Positions 1 through 9,143 of a stretch of 64,000 nucleotides of DNA are shown here, piece by piece. The notes below the pieces were generated by a model. That model made no database searches. It worked only from the letters and a program-made list of their open reading frames with translations, and was not told the origin of the DNA. Origin of the DNA: Gemmatimonadota bacterium (GTDB lineage Bacteria > ARS69). The position numbers and the translations under genes are program-made. The DNA is taken from NCBI GenBank assembly GCA_030747075.1, contig JASLLL010000013.1:628-64627 (forward strand). Reading direction: 5' to 3'. How positions within the stretch are numbered: the stretch's first letter is position 1; every line of letters starts with the position of its first letter.

Positions 1-154
1 GCTGGAGTACGATCCGGCGAAACGCGAGTTTGAAATCGCCGTCCGGTGCAATGACCCACGATTCAATGATTACGCCACCAAGCAGATCGAGCGTCAGGAG
101 CAACTGATCAAGATTCGAGAGCTCAAGGCGCAGAAAGAGAAGTACGGCTATTAG
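1..154 (+). CDS. 3' end of unidentified gene (frame 2, ends ...KAQKEKYGY*)
   Basis: Open frame from window edge to TAG at 152-154; no recognisable family from 50 aa. Confidence 0.3.
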   Translation, partial: LEYDPAKREFEIAVRCNDPRFNDYATKQIERQEQLIKIRELKAQKEKYGY

Positions 155-169
155 CCCGGAGTCTGGACT

Positions 170-200
170 GACCGCCGATTCTGCCGGAATCCCGGCGGTC
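170..200 (+). terminator. GC-rich stem-loop (gaccgccg...cggcggtc) downstream of upstream gene
   Basis: Perfect 8-bp inverted repeat seen in sequence; no U-tract, so intrinsic-terminator assignment is tentative. Confidence 0.3.
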
Positions 201-229
201 AGCTTCAGGTCCGAAAACAGGAGGGTGTC

Positions 230-1249
230 GTGAGTACCCCGAATCCAGACAATGTGGAGGAGTTCCTGAGGAATGTCCTCAAACCGAAGGGGGATCGTCC
301 GTCGATGCGTCTCCCGATCATTCCGATTGTGCTGGTGCTTCTGGGCCTCGGAGCCGTTCGTACCACCTTCTTTACGGTAGAACCGGAAGAGGTCGGGGTT
401 GTGCTCCGGTTCGGACAGTATGTCCGGGAAGTGGACCCAGGCCTGCACATCCGATTGCCATTCGGCATTGAGCGTTATGTGCGTGTTCCCGTGCAGAGGC
501 AACTGAAGGAAGAGTTCGGATTCCGAACCACCGCCGCGGCCCAGCGTTCCGAGTACATCCGGGACCGGGGATCTCGTGCGGAAGCGGTCATGCTCACCGG
601 GGACCTGAACATTACTGATGTGGAGTGGATCGTGCAGTACAAGGTCGTCGATCCGGTGGCGTTTCTCTTTCGGGTGCGTGCCGCGCGGGAGACTTTCCGC
701 GACATGTCCGAAGCCGTCATGCGGTCGGTTGTCGGGGACCGCTCCGTGGACGAAGTGCTGACAGTGGGGCGGCAGGAGATCGAGGACCAGTGCCTGACCA
801 AGCTGCAGGAACTCTGCTCGCAGTACGAACTGGGACTGGATGTCCAGATGGTCGCCCTTCAAAATGTCAACCCGCCCGAAGAAGTGAAGGCGTCCTTCAA
901 CGAGGTCAATCAGGCCGTGCAGGAACGGGAAACACTGATCAACATGGCTCAGGCGGAACTGAACCGGGAGATTCCCAAGGCCGAGGGTGAGGCGCTTGCT
1001 CTGATCGAATCGGCGCATGGCTACGCCATCGACCGCGTGAACACGGCAGAGGGGGACGCCTCTCGCTTTGCCTCCGTTCTGGCCGAGTACAAGCGGTCTC
1101 CCCAAGTGACCCGCGACCGGCTCTATCTGGAGGCCATGGCGGATGTTCTCCCCAGAGTGGGCAAGAAGGTGGTCCTGGATGAATCGCTGGACGGGGTGCT
1201 GCCGCTTCTCGATATCAACCGGCTTACGGAGACGGGAGGTGCAAGATGA
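230..1249 (+). CDS. hflK: FtsH protease modulator HflK (SPFH/band-7)
   Basis: N-terminal TM helix plus SPFH domain (VVLRFGQY..., coiled-coil C-term); followed by overlapping hflC. Confidence 0.85.
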   Translation: MSTPNPDNVEEFLRNVLKPKGDRPSMRLPIIPIVLVLLGLGAVRTTFFTVEPEEVGVVLRFGQYVREVDPGLHIRLPFGIERYVRVPVQRQLKEEFGFRTTAAAQRSEYIRDRGSRAEAVMLTGDLNITDVEWIVQYKVVDPVAFLFRVRAARETFRDMSEAVMRSVVGDRSVDEVLTVGRQEIEDQCLTKLQELCSQYELGLDVQMVALQNVNPPEEVKASFNEVNQAVQERETLINMAQAELNREIPKAEGEALALIESAHGYAIDRVNTAEGDASRFASVLAEYKRSPQVTRDRLYLEAMADVLPRVGKKVVLDESLDGVLPLLDINRLTETGGAR

Positions 1250-2187
1250 CTCCGGGGAAAATGGGTCTTCTAGCGGTTCTCCTGATGCTGTTCGTCGTGG
1301 GCGGCAGTACTCTCTATGTCGTCTCCGAGACCGAGCAGGTCATTATTACCCAGTTTGGTCGGCCGGTGGGAGAACCCGTTGTCGTGGCGGGTCTCCATTT
1401 CAAGATCCCGTTCGTCCAGACCGCGAATCGGTTTGATCGGCGTTGGCTGGCCTGGGACGGCGACGCCAACCAGATGCCCACTCGTGACAAGAAGTTCATT
1501 TGGGTGGACACCTATGCACGCTGGCGCATCAAGGATCCGTTGCTTTTCTTCCAGCGGGTTCGGGACGAGCGTGGTGCCCAGACACGATTGGATGACATCC
1601 TGGACGGGGAGACCCGGAAGGCCATCGCCAATGTGGACCTCATCGAAGTGGTGCGCTCGGAAAACCGGGAGTTCACGGTCACGGCGGAGGTAGCCGCCGG
1701 CGAAGAAGCGGCAAAGTCCGCGCAAATCTCCGTGGGTCGCGAGGCGATCACCAATGAAGTCCTCCGGCGTTCTTCGATCAAGACCGGGGCCTTCGGGATC
1801 GAACTGGTCGATGTGCGTCTCAAGCGGATCAACTATGTGGAGAATGTCCGGCGCTCGGTCTACGAGCGAATGATCTCGGAACGGCAGAAGATCCGGGACA
1901 AGCTTCGCTCGGAGGGGCAGGGTCGGAGTGCGGAGATTCTCGGCGTGAAAGAGAAAGAGCTGAAGAGGATTGCCTCGGGTGCGTATCGCCAGGCGCAGGG
2001 GATTCGCGGGATTGCGGATTCCACGGCCGCGCGGGTCTATGCATCGGCTTATGGGGAGGAGCCGGAGTTCTACAACCTGCTGCGGACGCTGGAGCTCTAC
2101 CGCTCTACGATGGGCGAGGAGGATGTGCTGGTTCTCTCCACCGACGGGGACTTCTACCGCTTCCTTCGCGGAAGCTCGAACCCGTAG
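1246..2187 (+). CDS. hflC: FtsH protease modulator HflC (SPFH/band-7)
   Basis: SPFH domain, 4-nt overlap with hflK, classic hflKC pair. Confidence 0.85.
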   Translation: MTPGKMGLLAVLLMLFVVGGSTLYVVSETEQVIITQFGRPVGEPVVVAGLHFKIPFVQTANRFDRRWLAWDGDANQMPTRDKKFIWVDTYARWRIKDPLLFFQRVRDERGAQTRLDDILDGETRKAIANVDLIEVVRSENREFTVTAEVAAGEEAAKSAQISVGREAITNEVLRRSSIKTGAFGIELVDVRLKRINYVENVRRSVYERMISERQKIRDKLRSEGQGRSAEILGVKEKELKRIASGAYRQAQGIRGIADSTAARVYASAYGEEPEFYNLLRTLELYRSTMGEEDVLVLSTDGDFYRFLRGSSNP

Positions 2188-2192
2188 CGATT

Positions 2193-3266
2193 GTGCGCGT
2201 TCTTGTGGCCCTCTCCGGAGGAGTCGACAGTGCAGTCACGGCCCTCCTGCTGGCTCGGGAGGGCCGTGATCTCGTGGGGGTCACGCACAAGAACTGGTGC
2301 TACGGGGAGGACCCCGATGGCGGACGGTCGTGCTGCTCCCTGGAGTCAATCGAAGCGGCGCGAAGCCTCGCTTCGCACCTGAGCTTTCCGCACTATGTGG
2401 TCGATTCCGAGGACCCCTTTGACGAGTCGGTCATCGGCCCTTTCACCCGCGACTATCTGGAAGGCCGCACCCCGAACCCGTGCGTCGAGTGCAACCAGGC
2501 CGTTCGCTTTCCTGCGCTGGCGAAGCAGGCGCGGGACCTGGGTTGCGGAGCGTTCGCCACGGGGCATTACGCCCGTGTGGACCGTTCCGGGCCCGCCCCG
2601 CGCATTCTCCGCGCGGTAGATCGCACCCGCGATCAGAGCTACATGCTCTGGCGTGTCGGCGAGCAGGACCTGGAGATGGCGCTCTTCCCGCTCGGAGGTT
2701 TCGCCAAGGATGAGGTCCGGGAGGTCGCTGCGCAGGAGGGGCTTGGTGTGGCGAATCGACCGGACAGCCAGGAGATCTGCTTTGTTCCGGACGGGGACTT
2801 CGGGGCGTTTCTCGAGTCCCGCGAAGGAGACTCCGGCCGCCTGTCGGACACGCTCTCACCCGGGGACATCGTGACGGAGGCGGGGGAGGTTGTGGGAACA
2901 CACCGCGGCACGGCCCGGTATACCGTCGGGCAGCGCCGGGGGCTTGGCGTGGCGCTGGGGGAGCCGGTCTATGTCCTGCGCGTGGACGCGGTGCAGAACC
3001 GCCTTGTCGTGGGGCCGGAGGCGGGGCTATTCGCGAGCCAGGCGGTTCTTCGGGCCGTTCGCCGCCCGACGAATCGGGGGGACGGGCGGTTCCTCGTTCA
3101 GATCCGGTCCCGGCACACGGCGGCTCCCGCTTCCGTCTCTTTTCCCTCCCCGGGCTTGGCGGTCGTGGAGTTCGACGAACCCCAGAGGGCCATCACCCCG
3201 GGTCAGTCCGCCGTCTTGTATGACGAGGATGCCGTGGCGGGCGGAGGAATCATCGCTCAGGGTTGA
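2193..3266 (+). CDS. mnmA: tRNA-specific 2-thiouridylase MnmA
   Basis: PP-loop SGGVDS at N-terminus, conserved Cys pair, typical length 357 aa. Confidence 0.9.
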   Translation: MRVLVALSGGVDSAVTALLLAREGRDLVGVTHKNWCYGEDPDGGRSCCSLESIEAARSLASHLSFPHYVVDSEDPFDESVIGPFTRDYLEGRTPNPCVECNQAVRFPALAKQARDLGCGAFATGHYARVDRSGPAPRILRAVDRTRDQSYMLWRVGEQDLEMALFPLGGFAKDEVREVAAQEGLGVANRPDSQEICFVPDGDFGAFLESREGDSGRLSDTLSPGDIVTEAGEVVGTHRGTARYTVGQRRGLGVALGEPVYVLRVDAVQNRLVVGPEAGLFASQAVLRAVRRPTNRGDGRFLVQIRSRHTAAPASVSFPSPGLAVVEFDEPQRAITPGQSAVLYDEDAVAGGGIIAQG

Positions 3267-3302
3267 CAGGAGATGCTCTCACCGTACAATGTCCGGCTCC
3301 CG

Positions 3303-3388
3303 GGGAGGGATGGCCGAGTGGTCGAAGGCGACGGTCTTGAAAACCGTTGAGCGAAAGCTCCGTGGGTTCGAATCCTACTCCCTCCGCC
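3303..3388 (+). tRNA. tRNA-Ser (anticodon TGA)
   Basis: Cloverleaf folded by hand: acceptor ggaggga/tccctcc, anticodon loop ctTGAaa, long variable arm, GTTCGAATC T-loop, CCA encoded. Confidence 0.85.
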
Positions 3389-3461
3389 ACCGGACTCCAG
3401 TGTCCGGGAGCGGAGGGGGCGGTGTCCCGGGCCGGGGTGGAGACTTCCGCCCGGAATGACA

Positions 3462-3553
3462 GGGAGAGGTGCGAGAGTGGCTGAATCGGGCCGCCTGCTA
3501 AGCGGTTAGGGAGAGAAATCTTCCTCGAGGGTTCGAATCCCTCCCTCTCCGCC
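3462..3553 (+). tRNA. tRNA-Ser (anticodon GCT)
   Basis: Acceptor ggagagg/cctctcc, anticodon loop ctGCTaa, long variable arm, GGTTCGAATCC, CCA. Confidence 0.85.
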
Positions 3554-3575
3554 ACTGATTCGGGAAGGTGTGGTG

Positions 3576-3652
3576 CGCGCCCATAGCTCAATTGGATAGA
3601 GCGTTTGGCTACGGACCAAAAGGTTGGGGGTTCGAGTCCTCCTGGGCGCGCC
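3576..3652 (+). tRNA. tRNA-Arg (anticodon ACG)
   Basis: 77 nt; acceptor gcgccca/tgggcgc, anticodon loop ctACGga, GGTTCGAGTCC, CCA. Confidence 0.85.
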
Positions 3653-3721
3653 ATGCCATCCTGATGATTGCACTCTAGCCTCGGACTCTCCGGAGACCGG
3701 GGATCGACGCGGAGAAAGCAG

Positions 3722-4579
3722 ATGAGATTCAAGACCCCGGCAGCCCTTCTTCTCCTCTTTGCCATGGCAGCCCCCGCCGATGCGGCCCGGCTTCGTGTGG
3801 AGGCCGCGCCGTATCTACAGGATGTTGTGGACTCCGCAGCCTATGGGGACACCGTGTTCGTGGCTCCGGGTCTCTACCCGCAGCTTCGTCTCCGGACGGG
3901 GATTCGGCTCATATCTGAAGGGGGTCCGGAGGTGACTACTCTCCGGAACGATCGCTTCTGGGTGATCCAGGCAAAGCAGACGGACAGCCTGACGGTCGTG
4001 GACGGTTTCACGCTGGATGGCGTGGAGGCTGCGGAGGGCATTTTGCATACGGAGGACTCGTTCCTGACCGTGCGGAACTGCGTTCTCCAGAATGGATGGA
4101 GCGGGATTCGGTCCGAGTACAGCGACCTTCGCGTGGAGAACTGCGTAATCTCCGGCTGCCAGAACGGGATCTACCTCTTCGAATCTCGCGGCACAATCAT
4201 CGGCAATACCATTTCCGGATGCATCAACGGGATGTCCGTCACCAGTTCCAGCCCGCGCATCCTGCGCAACGAAGTCGTGCGGAACTCGGTGGGGATCTTC
4301 GTGACGGAACACTCGAACCCCAGCATCGGCGGCAGTCTTTCTTCCGCCAACCGGATTCATCACAACCGTGGCGGGAATATCAGGAACAGCTCCTATCTGA
4401 AGGAGTTCAGCATTCGGACGAAGAAACCGATGACCTTGAGCGTCCCGTTCAACTTCTGGGGGACGGATTGCCCCGACAGTCTCTCCTTCCGCGGGCCTGT
4501 GATCTGGTCGCCCTGGGTGGCTGAGAATGGAAAGGAGTCCCTTGAGTCCTGCCCGCCGGAAACCGGAGCGATTCACTAG
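3722..4579 (+). CDS. Secreted right-handed parallel beta-helix (PbH1 repeat) protein
   Basis: Signal peptide MRFKTPAALLLLFAMAAPADA; repeated NxxIxGxxxGI units (NCVLQNG..ENCVISGCQNGIY..GNTISGCINGM). Confidence 0.7.
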   Translation: MRFKTPAALLLLFAMAAPADAARLRVEAAPYLQDVVDSAAYGDTVFVAPGLYPQLRLRTGIRLISEGGPEVTTLRNDRFWVIQAKQTDSLTVVDGFTLDGVEAAEGILHTEDSFLTVRNCVLQNGWSGIRSEYSDLRVENCVISGCQNGIYLFESRGTIIGNTISGCINGMSVTSSSPRILRNEVVRNSVGIFVTEHSNPSIGGSLSSANRIHHNRGGNIRNSSYLKEFSIRTKKPMTLSVPFNFWGTDCPDSLSFRGPVIWSPWVAENGKESLESCPPETGAIH

Positions 4580-6149
4580 CCGGGCGGTATCCCTCCAGTC
4601 CGCCCTGATTCTGGCGGTCTTCGTCGCCTCAGTCCTTGGCGCTTCAGGATGCGGCGGCTCCCGGGAACGTCCGCGCGTTCTCGTGATCGGCCTGGACGGT
4701 GCTACTTTCGCCGTGCTTGACCCACTCATCCAGGAAGGCGTACTGCCGAATCTGGCCGCCCTGCGGAGTCGGGGGGGCGGGGGTGTTCTGGAGTCGGTAT
4801 TGCCGGTGGTGTCGCCGCCCGCATGGACGACCGCCTTCACCGGGGTCAATCCCGGCAAGCACAACATCTACGATTTCTTTCATGCGACAGCCGCCGGGCC
4901 GCAGGCCATCCTTACCTCTTCCCTCGATCGAAGGGCCGACCCTGTCTGGGAAGTTCTCAACGAGAACGGGGTTCGAACCGGCATCATGAATATCCCCATG
5001 ACCTTCCCGCCTGAGAAGGTGGACGGCTTCATGATCTCCGGCTTTCCCTTCGGGGCGGCGCAGACGGGATACACCTCTCCGCCCGAGCTGGAGAAGCGGG
5101 TGGCTCCCTATCCGCTGGATCTGTTTGGCGAGAGCATCCAGCCCGGCGCGGAGGGACAGCTCCTCGCGCATTTTCGAAAGACACTGGACCGCCACGCCGC
5201 CGTCGCGGAGGCGCTTCTCGTCGAGGAGGAGTGGGATCTGTTCTGGGTGGTGTTTACCGGCCCCGACAAGGTGCAGCACTTCTTCTGGAAGTTCACGGAT
5301 CCCGAGCACCCGGAATACGATCCCGCGCTGGCCGAACGATTCGGGAGCGCCATCCGGGATCTCTGGATTCGTATGGACTCCGTGGTCGGGGAACTGGTGG
5401 ACCTTGCCGGCCCGGAGACGGACATCCTTGTCATGAGCGACCACGGATTCGGCCCGATCCATTCCGAACTGCGGCTCATGTCGTGGCTGGTTCAGGAGGG
5501 GTTTGTGCAGATCGACCGGGAGCATCCCGCGCGGAGTTCTGTTCGAGCGGTGGCCCCGGGACCTTTCGGCGGACTGGTTCGTGTGAATCAGCGCGACCGG
5601 GACTTTCGCGGCACAGTCCCGCCGGGAGAAGCGTCCGAGCGCGTGCTGGAGGAGGTTCGCGAAGGCCTGACCGCGTTGGTGGATCCCACGACGGGTGCGC
5701 CGTTTGTGCAGGAGATCCACCTGCGCGACGAACTCTTCCACGGTCCCTGGGTGGGCAATGCGCCGGACCTGGTGTTCCTGGAAGCGCCACGCGGGTTTGT
5801 CGGACGCGGCGGTCTGGAGGGCGATGCATTCGGGCCGCCCGGCTACACCTTCTCCGGGTTTCATCGACCGGATGGAATCCTGTGGGGAGCCGGGCCGCAC
5901 ATTCCTCCGAACGCCGCGCGGGGCCACTTCTCCATTGTGGATGTGACGCCCACGCTTCTCTGGCTGTTCGGGGTGGACCTTCCGGCGGATCTTGACGGAA
6001 CGGTCATGGCGGATCTCATCGGGGCCGACGCGCTCGAGGCGCGGCCGGTGGTGCGCGGGGAGCGGACCGTCGTGACGCCCGTGGCGCAGGCCGTGGAGAC
6101 GCCTGCTGCCGAACGCGAGGTTCTGGAGTCGCTCGGCTATGTCCGCTGA
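4527..6149 (+). CDS. Alkaline-phosphatase-core family protein (type I phosphodiesterase/nucleotide pyrophosphatase-like), probable lipoprotein
   Basis: VLVIGLDGATF...SPPAWTTAFTGVNPGKHNIYDF metal/nucleophile motifs of AlkP superfamily; lipobox-like ASGC; start uncertain (overlaps upstream gene). Confidence 0.7.
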   Translation: MERSPLSPARRKPERFTSRAVSLQSALILAVFVASVLGASGCGGSRERPRVLVIGLDGATFAVLDPLIQEGVLPNLAALRSRGGGGVLESVLPVVSPPAWTTAFTGVNPGKHNIYDFFHATAAGPQAILTSSLDRRADPVWEVLNENGVRTGIMNIPMTFPPEKVDGFMISGFPFGAAQTGYTSPPELEKRVAPYPLDLFGESIQPGAEGQLLAHFRKTLDRHAAVAEALLVEEEWDLFWVVFTGPDKVQHFFWKFTDPEHPEYDPALAERFGSAIRDLWIRMDSVVGELVDLAGPETDILVMSDHGFGPIHSELRLMSWLVQEGFVQIDREHPARSSVRAVAPGPFGGLVRVNQRDRDFRGTVPPGEASERVLEEVREGLTALVDPTTGAPFVQEIHLRDELFHGPWVGNAPDLVFLEAPRGFVGRGGLEGDAFGPPGYTFSGFHRPDGILWGAGPHIPPNAARGHFSIVDVTPTLLWLFGVDLPADLDGTVMADLIGADALEARPVVRGERTVVTPVAQAVETPAAEREVLESLGYVR

Positions 6150-8202
6150 CGCATTCCGGGAGCGCCGGATGACGCGATGGACTCTGGGGCTGGCGCTGGC
6201 CATCGGTGGGCTTCTCCGGTTTGAGTATCTTCGCGAACTCAGCGCGTCTCCATTCGGCCGGCACCTCTTCCTGGACGCGGGCTGGTTCTCCGAGACCGCC
6301 GCGGCGATCGCTTCCGGGCACCCGATCACCGGACCCGAGGCTCTCTTCCGGCCGCCTCTGTATCCGTACTTCCTGGCGATGCTCCTGTGGTTCGGGGGGG
6401 CAGAAGTCCTGGTGCCGCGCCTCGTGCAGTTCGCGCTGGGGTTGGTGCAGGGGTGGATGATCTACCGGATCGCACTTCGGACGCACGGGGTGCTGGTCGG
6501 TCGGATTGCGGGCGTGCTCGCCTTCACCTTCGGGATGTTCATCTACTTCGAAGCGGAGCTCCTGACCGCCACGCTGGCCACCTTCCTCGGGACGGCGGCG
6601 GTCTTCCTTCTGCTGGAGGGGAGGGATTCACGCTTTCCCGCCAAAGCCGCGGCGTCCGGGGTTCTGTTCGGGCTGGCGGGGCTGGCGCACGGTACGCTCC
6701 TGGTTGGCGCGCTCGGTGCGGCGCTCTGGGTAAGCCGGAGGTTCGGGCGCGGGGCGGCGATGCTCTTCGTTGCGGCGGTGTTGCTCTGCCCGGGGGGCGT
6801 GGCCGTGCGGAACCTCGTCCTTCACGGAGAGGCGATCCCCGTGGGGGGACAGGGCGGGATCAACTTCTACATCGGCAACTCCATCACGGCGGACGGGAAG
6901 TCCGCGCTGGCGCCCGGTGCCGCGGAGGCGGAGATCTCGATCGAGAAGGAACGCTATCGCGACACCATGCAGGCCGCGGCACGGCTGCACGCCGAGAGAA
7001 TCCTGGGGCGGGAACTCACGGTGAGAGAAGTGGACCGCTTCTGGTACTCCAAGACCTTCGAGTGGATCAGCATGCACCCCCGTGATACCGCGGCACTCTG
7101 GATGCGCAAGCTGGTGTATGTCTGGAACGGGTCGGAGATCGGGAACAACCGGGACTTCCGCGACCAGGCCGGGCGGTTCACTCCCATCCTGCGTTTCTTT
7201 CTTCTCCAGTTTTCCGTCCTGCTTCCGTTCGCGCTCTACGGGATGATCCGTGGCGGGGGGCGCCGAAGAGAGCAGGGGCTTCTCGCGATTCTGCTTCTCA
7301 CCCATACCGTGGTCCTCGTGGCATTCTTCGTCTGCAGTCGCTTCCGCCTGCCGATGATCCCCTGGCTCATCCCGTTTGGCGCGGCCGGGCTTGTGGCCTT
7401 TCTCCGCGATCTCCGCGCTGGTGCCGGCTCACCGGTTCGGGTCGCCGCGGCGAGTGTTGCGCTGACGGCTCTGTTCCTCGGAACGAACGCGCGCGTTCTC
7501 GAAGCCGTGGGAATGAATGAGATTCTGGTCGCCAAGGATGCTCCGTTCCATCGGTCCAATCTTGCGAATCTCTATCGACGTGAAGGAGACTTTGACGCCG
7601 CCATTGGCGAATACGAGGCCGCGATTGCGTACGGCGTGTCGGATCCGAGGATGCACTTGAACCTGGCCAACTGTCTCGCGCAGACGGGCCGGAGTTCCGC
7701 AGCCCGCGAGCACTACCGAACAGTGCTGGAGCTGTCGCCGGGGTACGAAGCGGTCGTCCGATGCGATCTGGGCGTCCTCTCCGCCCGGGAGGGCGACTGG
7801 GAGAGCGCGTTGCGCGAGTTCCGGCGAAGCCTGGCGGCGGATCCGGACCACGAGCTCTCGCTGGTCAATCAGGCGGCCACCTACCTGACGGCGGGGCGCT
7901 TCGAAGAGGCCATCGTGAGCTATCGCAGGCTTGTGCAGGGGGGCATCGGCGAGCCGGCGTTCGTCCGCAGCCGCCTGGGGCTGGCGTATCTGGAGGCAGG
8001 GCTTCTGGAGGAGGCGGAGTGGGAGTCGCTGGAGGCACTGCGGATGGACTCCGGGCAGATTGTGGCGGTCGTGACGCTGGGGAAGGTCTATGCGCGGCAG
8101 GGGCGCACGGAGGCCGCCGAGCGAATGTGGGAGAAGGCGCGGCAACTCGCGCCGGGTGCACCGGCCGTGGAACAGGCGATCCGGGACGCCCGGGGCGGGT
8201 AG
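6139..8202 (+). CDS. GT-C fold membrane glycosyltransferase (ArnT/PMT family 39-like) with C-terminal TPR repeats
   Basis: About 10 N-terminal TM helices with RFEYL/ArnT-like loop, C-terminal about 250 aa of TPR repeats (YRREGDFDAAIGEYEAAI...). Confidence 0.7.
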   Translation: MSADAFRERRMTRWTLGLALAIGGLLRFEYLRELSASPFGRHLFLDAGWFSETAAAIASGHPITGPEALFRPPLYPYFLAMLLWFGGAEVLVPRLVQFALGLVQGWMIYRIALRTHGVLVGRIAGVLAFTFGMFIYFEAELLTATLATFLGTAAVFLLLEGRDSRFPAKAAASGVLFGLAGLAHGTLLVGALGAALWVSRRFGRGAAMLFVAAVLLCPGGVAVRNLVLHGEAIPVGGQGGINFYIGNSITADGKSALAPGAAEAEISIEKERYRDTMQAAARLHAERILGRELTVREVDRFWYSKTFEWISMHPRDTAALWMRKLVYVWNGSEIGNNRDFRDQAGRFTPILRFFLLQFSVLLPFALYGMIRGGGRRREQGLLAILLLTHTVVLVAFFVCSRFRLPMIPWLIPFGAAGLVAFLRDLRAGAGSPVRVAAASVALTALFLGTNARVLEAVGMNEILVAKDAPFHRSNLANLYRREGDFDAAIGEYEAAIAYGVSDPRMHLNLANCLAQTGRSSAAREHYRTVLELSPGYEAVVRCDLGVLSAREGDWESALREFRRSLAADPDHELSLVNQAATYLTAGRFEEAIVSYRRLVQGGIGEPAFVRSRLGLAYLEAGLLEEAEWESLEALRMDSGQIVAVVTLGKVYARQGRTEAAERMWEKARQLAPGAPAVEQAIRDARGG

Positions 8203-8226
8203 GCAGCCCGGGGTGCGGGCGCTTTC

Positions 8227-8760
8227 TTGACAACTTCCCGCGTCATTCGCTACCTTCGCCCCGACCGTCCCGGCATTTCCGGAGGGAATCCCATCGGGCC
8301 AGACACAAGCGACGAACGCTGGATGGAGCACGCCATCGAGCTGGCTCAGGAGGCCGGGGACGCGGGCGAGGTGCCGGTCGGCGCAGTCGTCGTGAGAGAC
8401 GGGCAACTGGTGGGTCGCGGGCGGAATCGGATGCGCGAATACGCGGACCCGTGTGCGCACGCGGAGATGCTTGCGCTTCGAAATGCGCATGAGCCCGGTG
8501 GTGCCGGGCGACTGGACGGTGATACGCTGTTCGTCACGCTGGAGCCGTGTTTTCAGTGTGCCGGGGCCATTGTTTTGGCGCGGATTGCGCGGGTGGTGTT
8601 CGGCGCCTGGGATCCGCGACTCGGGGCGGCGGGATCGCGCTTCGATTTGTTCGGCGAGGGAATCCTCGGGGAGGTCCGTGTTCGATCCGGGCTTCTGGAG
8701 GATCGCTGCTCCGAGCTTCTGTCGGGATGGTTCCGGGAGCGAAGGGCGCGCGAGGACTGA
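8227..8760 (+). CDS. tadA: tRNA adenosine(34) deaminase TadA
   Basis: CAHAEMLALR...TLEPCFQCAGAI zinc-binding deaminase motifs; start could alternatively be ATG at about 8323. Confidence 0.8.
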   Translation: MTTSRVIRYLRPDRPGISGGNPIGPDTSDERWMEHAIELAQEAGDAGEVPVGAVVVRDGQLVGRGRNRMREYADPCAHAEMLALRNAHEPGGAGRLDGDTLFVTLEPCFQCAGAIVLARIARVVFGAWDPRLGAAGSRFDLFGEGILGEVRVRSGLLEDRCSELLSGWFRERRARED

Positions 8761-8762
8761 AC

Positions 8763-8852
8763 GGAGAGATGCCAGAGCGGTTGAATGGGGCGGTCTCGAA
8801 AACCGTTGTACCCGCGAGGGTACCGAGGGTTCGAATCCCTCTCTCTCCGCCA
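8763..8852 (+). tRNA. tRNA-Ser (anticodon CGA)
   Basis: Acceptor ggagaga/tctctcc, anticodon loop ctCGAaa, long variable arm, GGTTCGAATCC, CCA. Confidence 0.85.
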
Positions 8853-8914
8853 GCGCGGAGGCCGGGGCATCCCGGAGCATGAGGTCCGGGACGCACGACA
8901 GGCAGGGCAAGACG

Positions 8915-9004
8915 CGGAGAGATGCGAGAGCGGTTGAATCGGCGCGACTGGAAATCGCGTAGGGCGGAAACGTCCTCGAGGGTTCGAATCCCTCTCTCTC
9001 CGCC
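8915..9004 (+). tRNA. tRNA-Ser (anticodon GGA)
   Basis: Same acceptor as previous, anticodon loop ctGGAaa, long variable arm, CCA. Confidence 0.85.
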
Positions 9005-9050
9005 ATGAAGACCGCCCCCGGATTTGCGACCGGGGGTGGGCCGGAAGAAG

Positions 9051-9126
9051 TGGGGATGTAGCTCAGCTGGGAGAGCGCCTCGTTCGCAACGAGGAGGTCG
9101 GCGGTTCGAGCCCGCTCATCTCCACC
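9051..9126 (+). tRNA. tRNA-Ala (anticodon CGC)
   Basis: 76 nt; G3:U70 alanine identity pair, anticodon loop ttCGCaa, near-identical D/T arms to E. coli tRNA-Ala. Confidence 0.85.
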
Positions 9127-9143
9127 ATCATTCCGGGAGGAAT

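Noticed and set aside
3250-3765. 171-aa minus-strand ORF over the first tRNA cluster
   Set aside because: It overlaps three well-folded tRNA genes.
4644-6329. 561-aa minus-strand ORF
   Set aside because: Antisense to a well-supported AlkP-family gene. Pro/Arg/Gly-rich low-complexity translation with no domain signature, the typical high-GC antisense open frame.
8226-8260. TTGACA -35-like hexamer at 8226
   Set aside because: The downstream -10 (CTACCT) is poor, and the hexamer coincides with the only plausible upstream TTG start of tadA. Not reported as a promoter.
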